Position numbers and translations under genes: made by a program. A stretch of 64,000 nt of DNA from a virus: positions 96,001-160,000 of IMG/VR virus record IMGVR_UViG_3300023179_000011. One strand, written 5' to 3'. Under the pieces are notes generated by a model. It was not told the origin of the DNA, made no database searches, and worked only from the letters and a program-made list of their open reading frames with translations. The stretch's first letter is position 1, and the number at the start of each line of letters is the position of its first letter. Of this stretch, positions 63,281-64,000 are shown piece after piece.

Positions 63281-63967
63281 TTAAAAGCTAGCCAGCGGGG
63301 TGTTCGCCTGCCCGCCGCCGTAGATACCGGGGCCGCTGGGCTGAAACTGTTCCGCCTGCTGTCCGCCGCCGACACCCATTGCGCTCATGCCCAAACTTCC
63401 CGCCGCGCCGGCAACTGGCAGGACAAAAGGCGCCGCTTGCATCGGATTTTTAATTCCGGCGTTATAAACTTTACCCATCATGCCCGGATTTTGAACTGTT
63501 GGGAGCACTTTCTGAATGCCGCCGCTCAGTGCGCGATTCGCGTTATTGACCGCGGCGGTGCCCTTGGTCAAAAACTGTTGCGAGCCGCGCGTGAGGGCTC
63601 TGCCTGTGTTCGTGAAGCCCGCGCGCGCGAGTTGTTTTCCGCCGCCGGCAATTGCGCGCCCGACGCCCTTGGCTGCGAAACCCCAGCCGGGAATAAAGCT
63701 CAGCGCGCCGCTCAAACCAGCCATGCCGGCGTCCATAAAGCGGCCGTTGTACAAATGGCGAGATACGTCGTTAATAGCTGTCGGAACGCCGGTGAACGGA
63801 TTTGAATATAGCGCCGTGTCAGCGATCAAACCGCGTTGAGTGGGATCGCCCATCGGATTGATCTGGCTCATGGTCGAACCAGTCCCTAGTACTTTGTCAC
63901 CAAGAGCATTCTGCGCCCGTTTTTCCGTTGCCATACCAACGCGATACCCAAATTCATATGGTTGCAT
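63281..63967 (-). CDS. Putative internal head protein with a pre-toxin TG-like segment
   Basis: MQPYEFGYRVGMATEKRA N-terminus; 'DAGMAGLSGALSFIPGWGFAAKG'. Confidence 0.6.
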   Translation of the reverse strand: MQPYEFGYRVGMATEKRAQNALGDKVLGTGSTMSQINPMGDPTQRGLIADTALYSNPFTGVPTAINDVSRHLYNGRFMDAGMAGLSGALSFIPGWGFAAKGVGRAIAGGGKQLARAGFTNTGRALTRGSQQFLTKGTAAVNNANRALSGGIQKVLPTVQNPGMMGKVYNAGIKNPMQAAPFVLPVAGAAGSLGMSAMGVGGGQQAEQFQPSGPGIYGGGQANTPLASF

Positions 63968-64000
63968 AACGAACTCGGCGTTAATGAAGTTTATGTCGCA

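Noticed and set aside
1-64000. CRISPR array, integrase/att sites, introns or inteins, reverse transcriptase
   Set aside because: I found no regularly spaced repeats, recombinase, RT or splicing motifs by eye. The RNAP genes align without large insertions.

Overview
The window is 64 kb of a large contractile-tailed (myovirus-like) bacteriophage, with essentially every gene on the minus strand. In transcription order (right to left) it carries: (i) a block of Gly/Ala-rich putative internal head or ejection proteins sharing an N-terminal [AP]-[YF]-x-x-G-x-x-[LVI]-G motif followed by K-x-A; (ii) accessory genes (PhoH, methyltransferase, ferritin-like, dCMP deaminase, GIY-YIG-like homing endonuclease, actin-like ATPase with a membrane partner, a candidate ~220-nt structured ncRNA, holin, tRNA-Asn, a 2H-phosphoesterase multidomain protein); (iii) a membrane-protein, matrixin and papain cluster; (iv) a reduced multi-subunit RNA polymerase (beta fused to the N-half of beta', separate beta' C-half, both zinc sites missing) embedded among head genes; (v) prohead protease, scaffold, decoration, major capsid and neck genes; (vi) sheath, tube, spike, chaperones with a likely -1 frameshift, tape measure and baseplate genes, with a sigma70-family gene inside the baseplate cluster. 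No terminase, portal, RNAP alpha or replication genes were recognised. The best candidate for an undescribed system is a shared capsid-targeting and K-x-A protease-processing code that may release separate cargo domains from polyproteins. All functional calls come from motif recognition by eye; no database searches were run.
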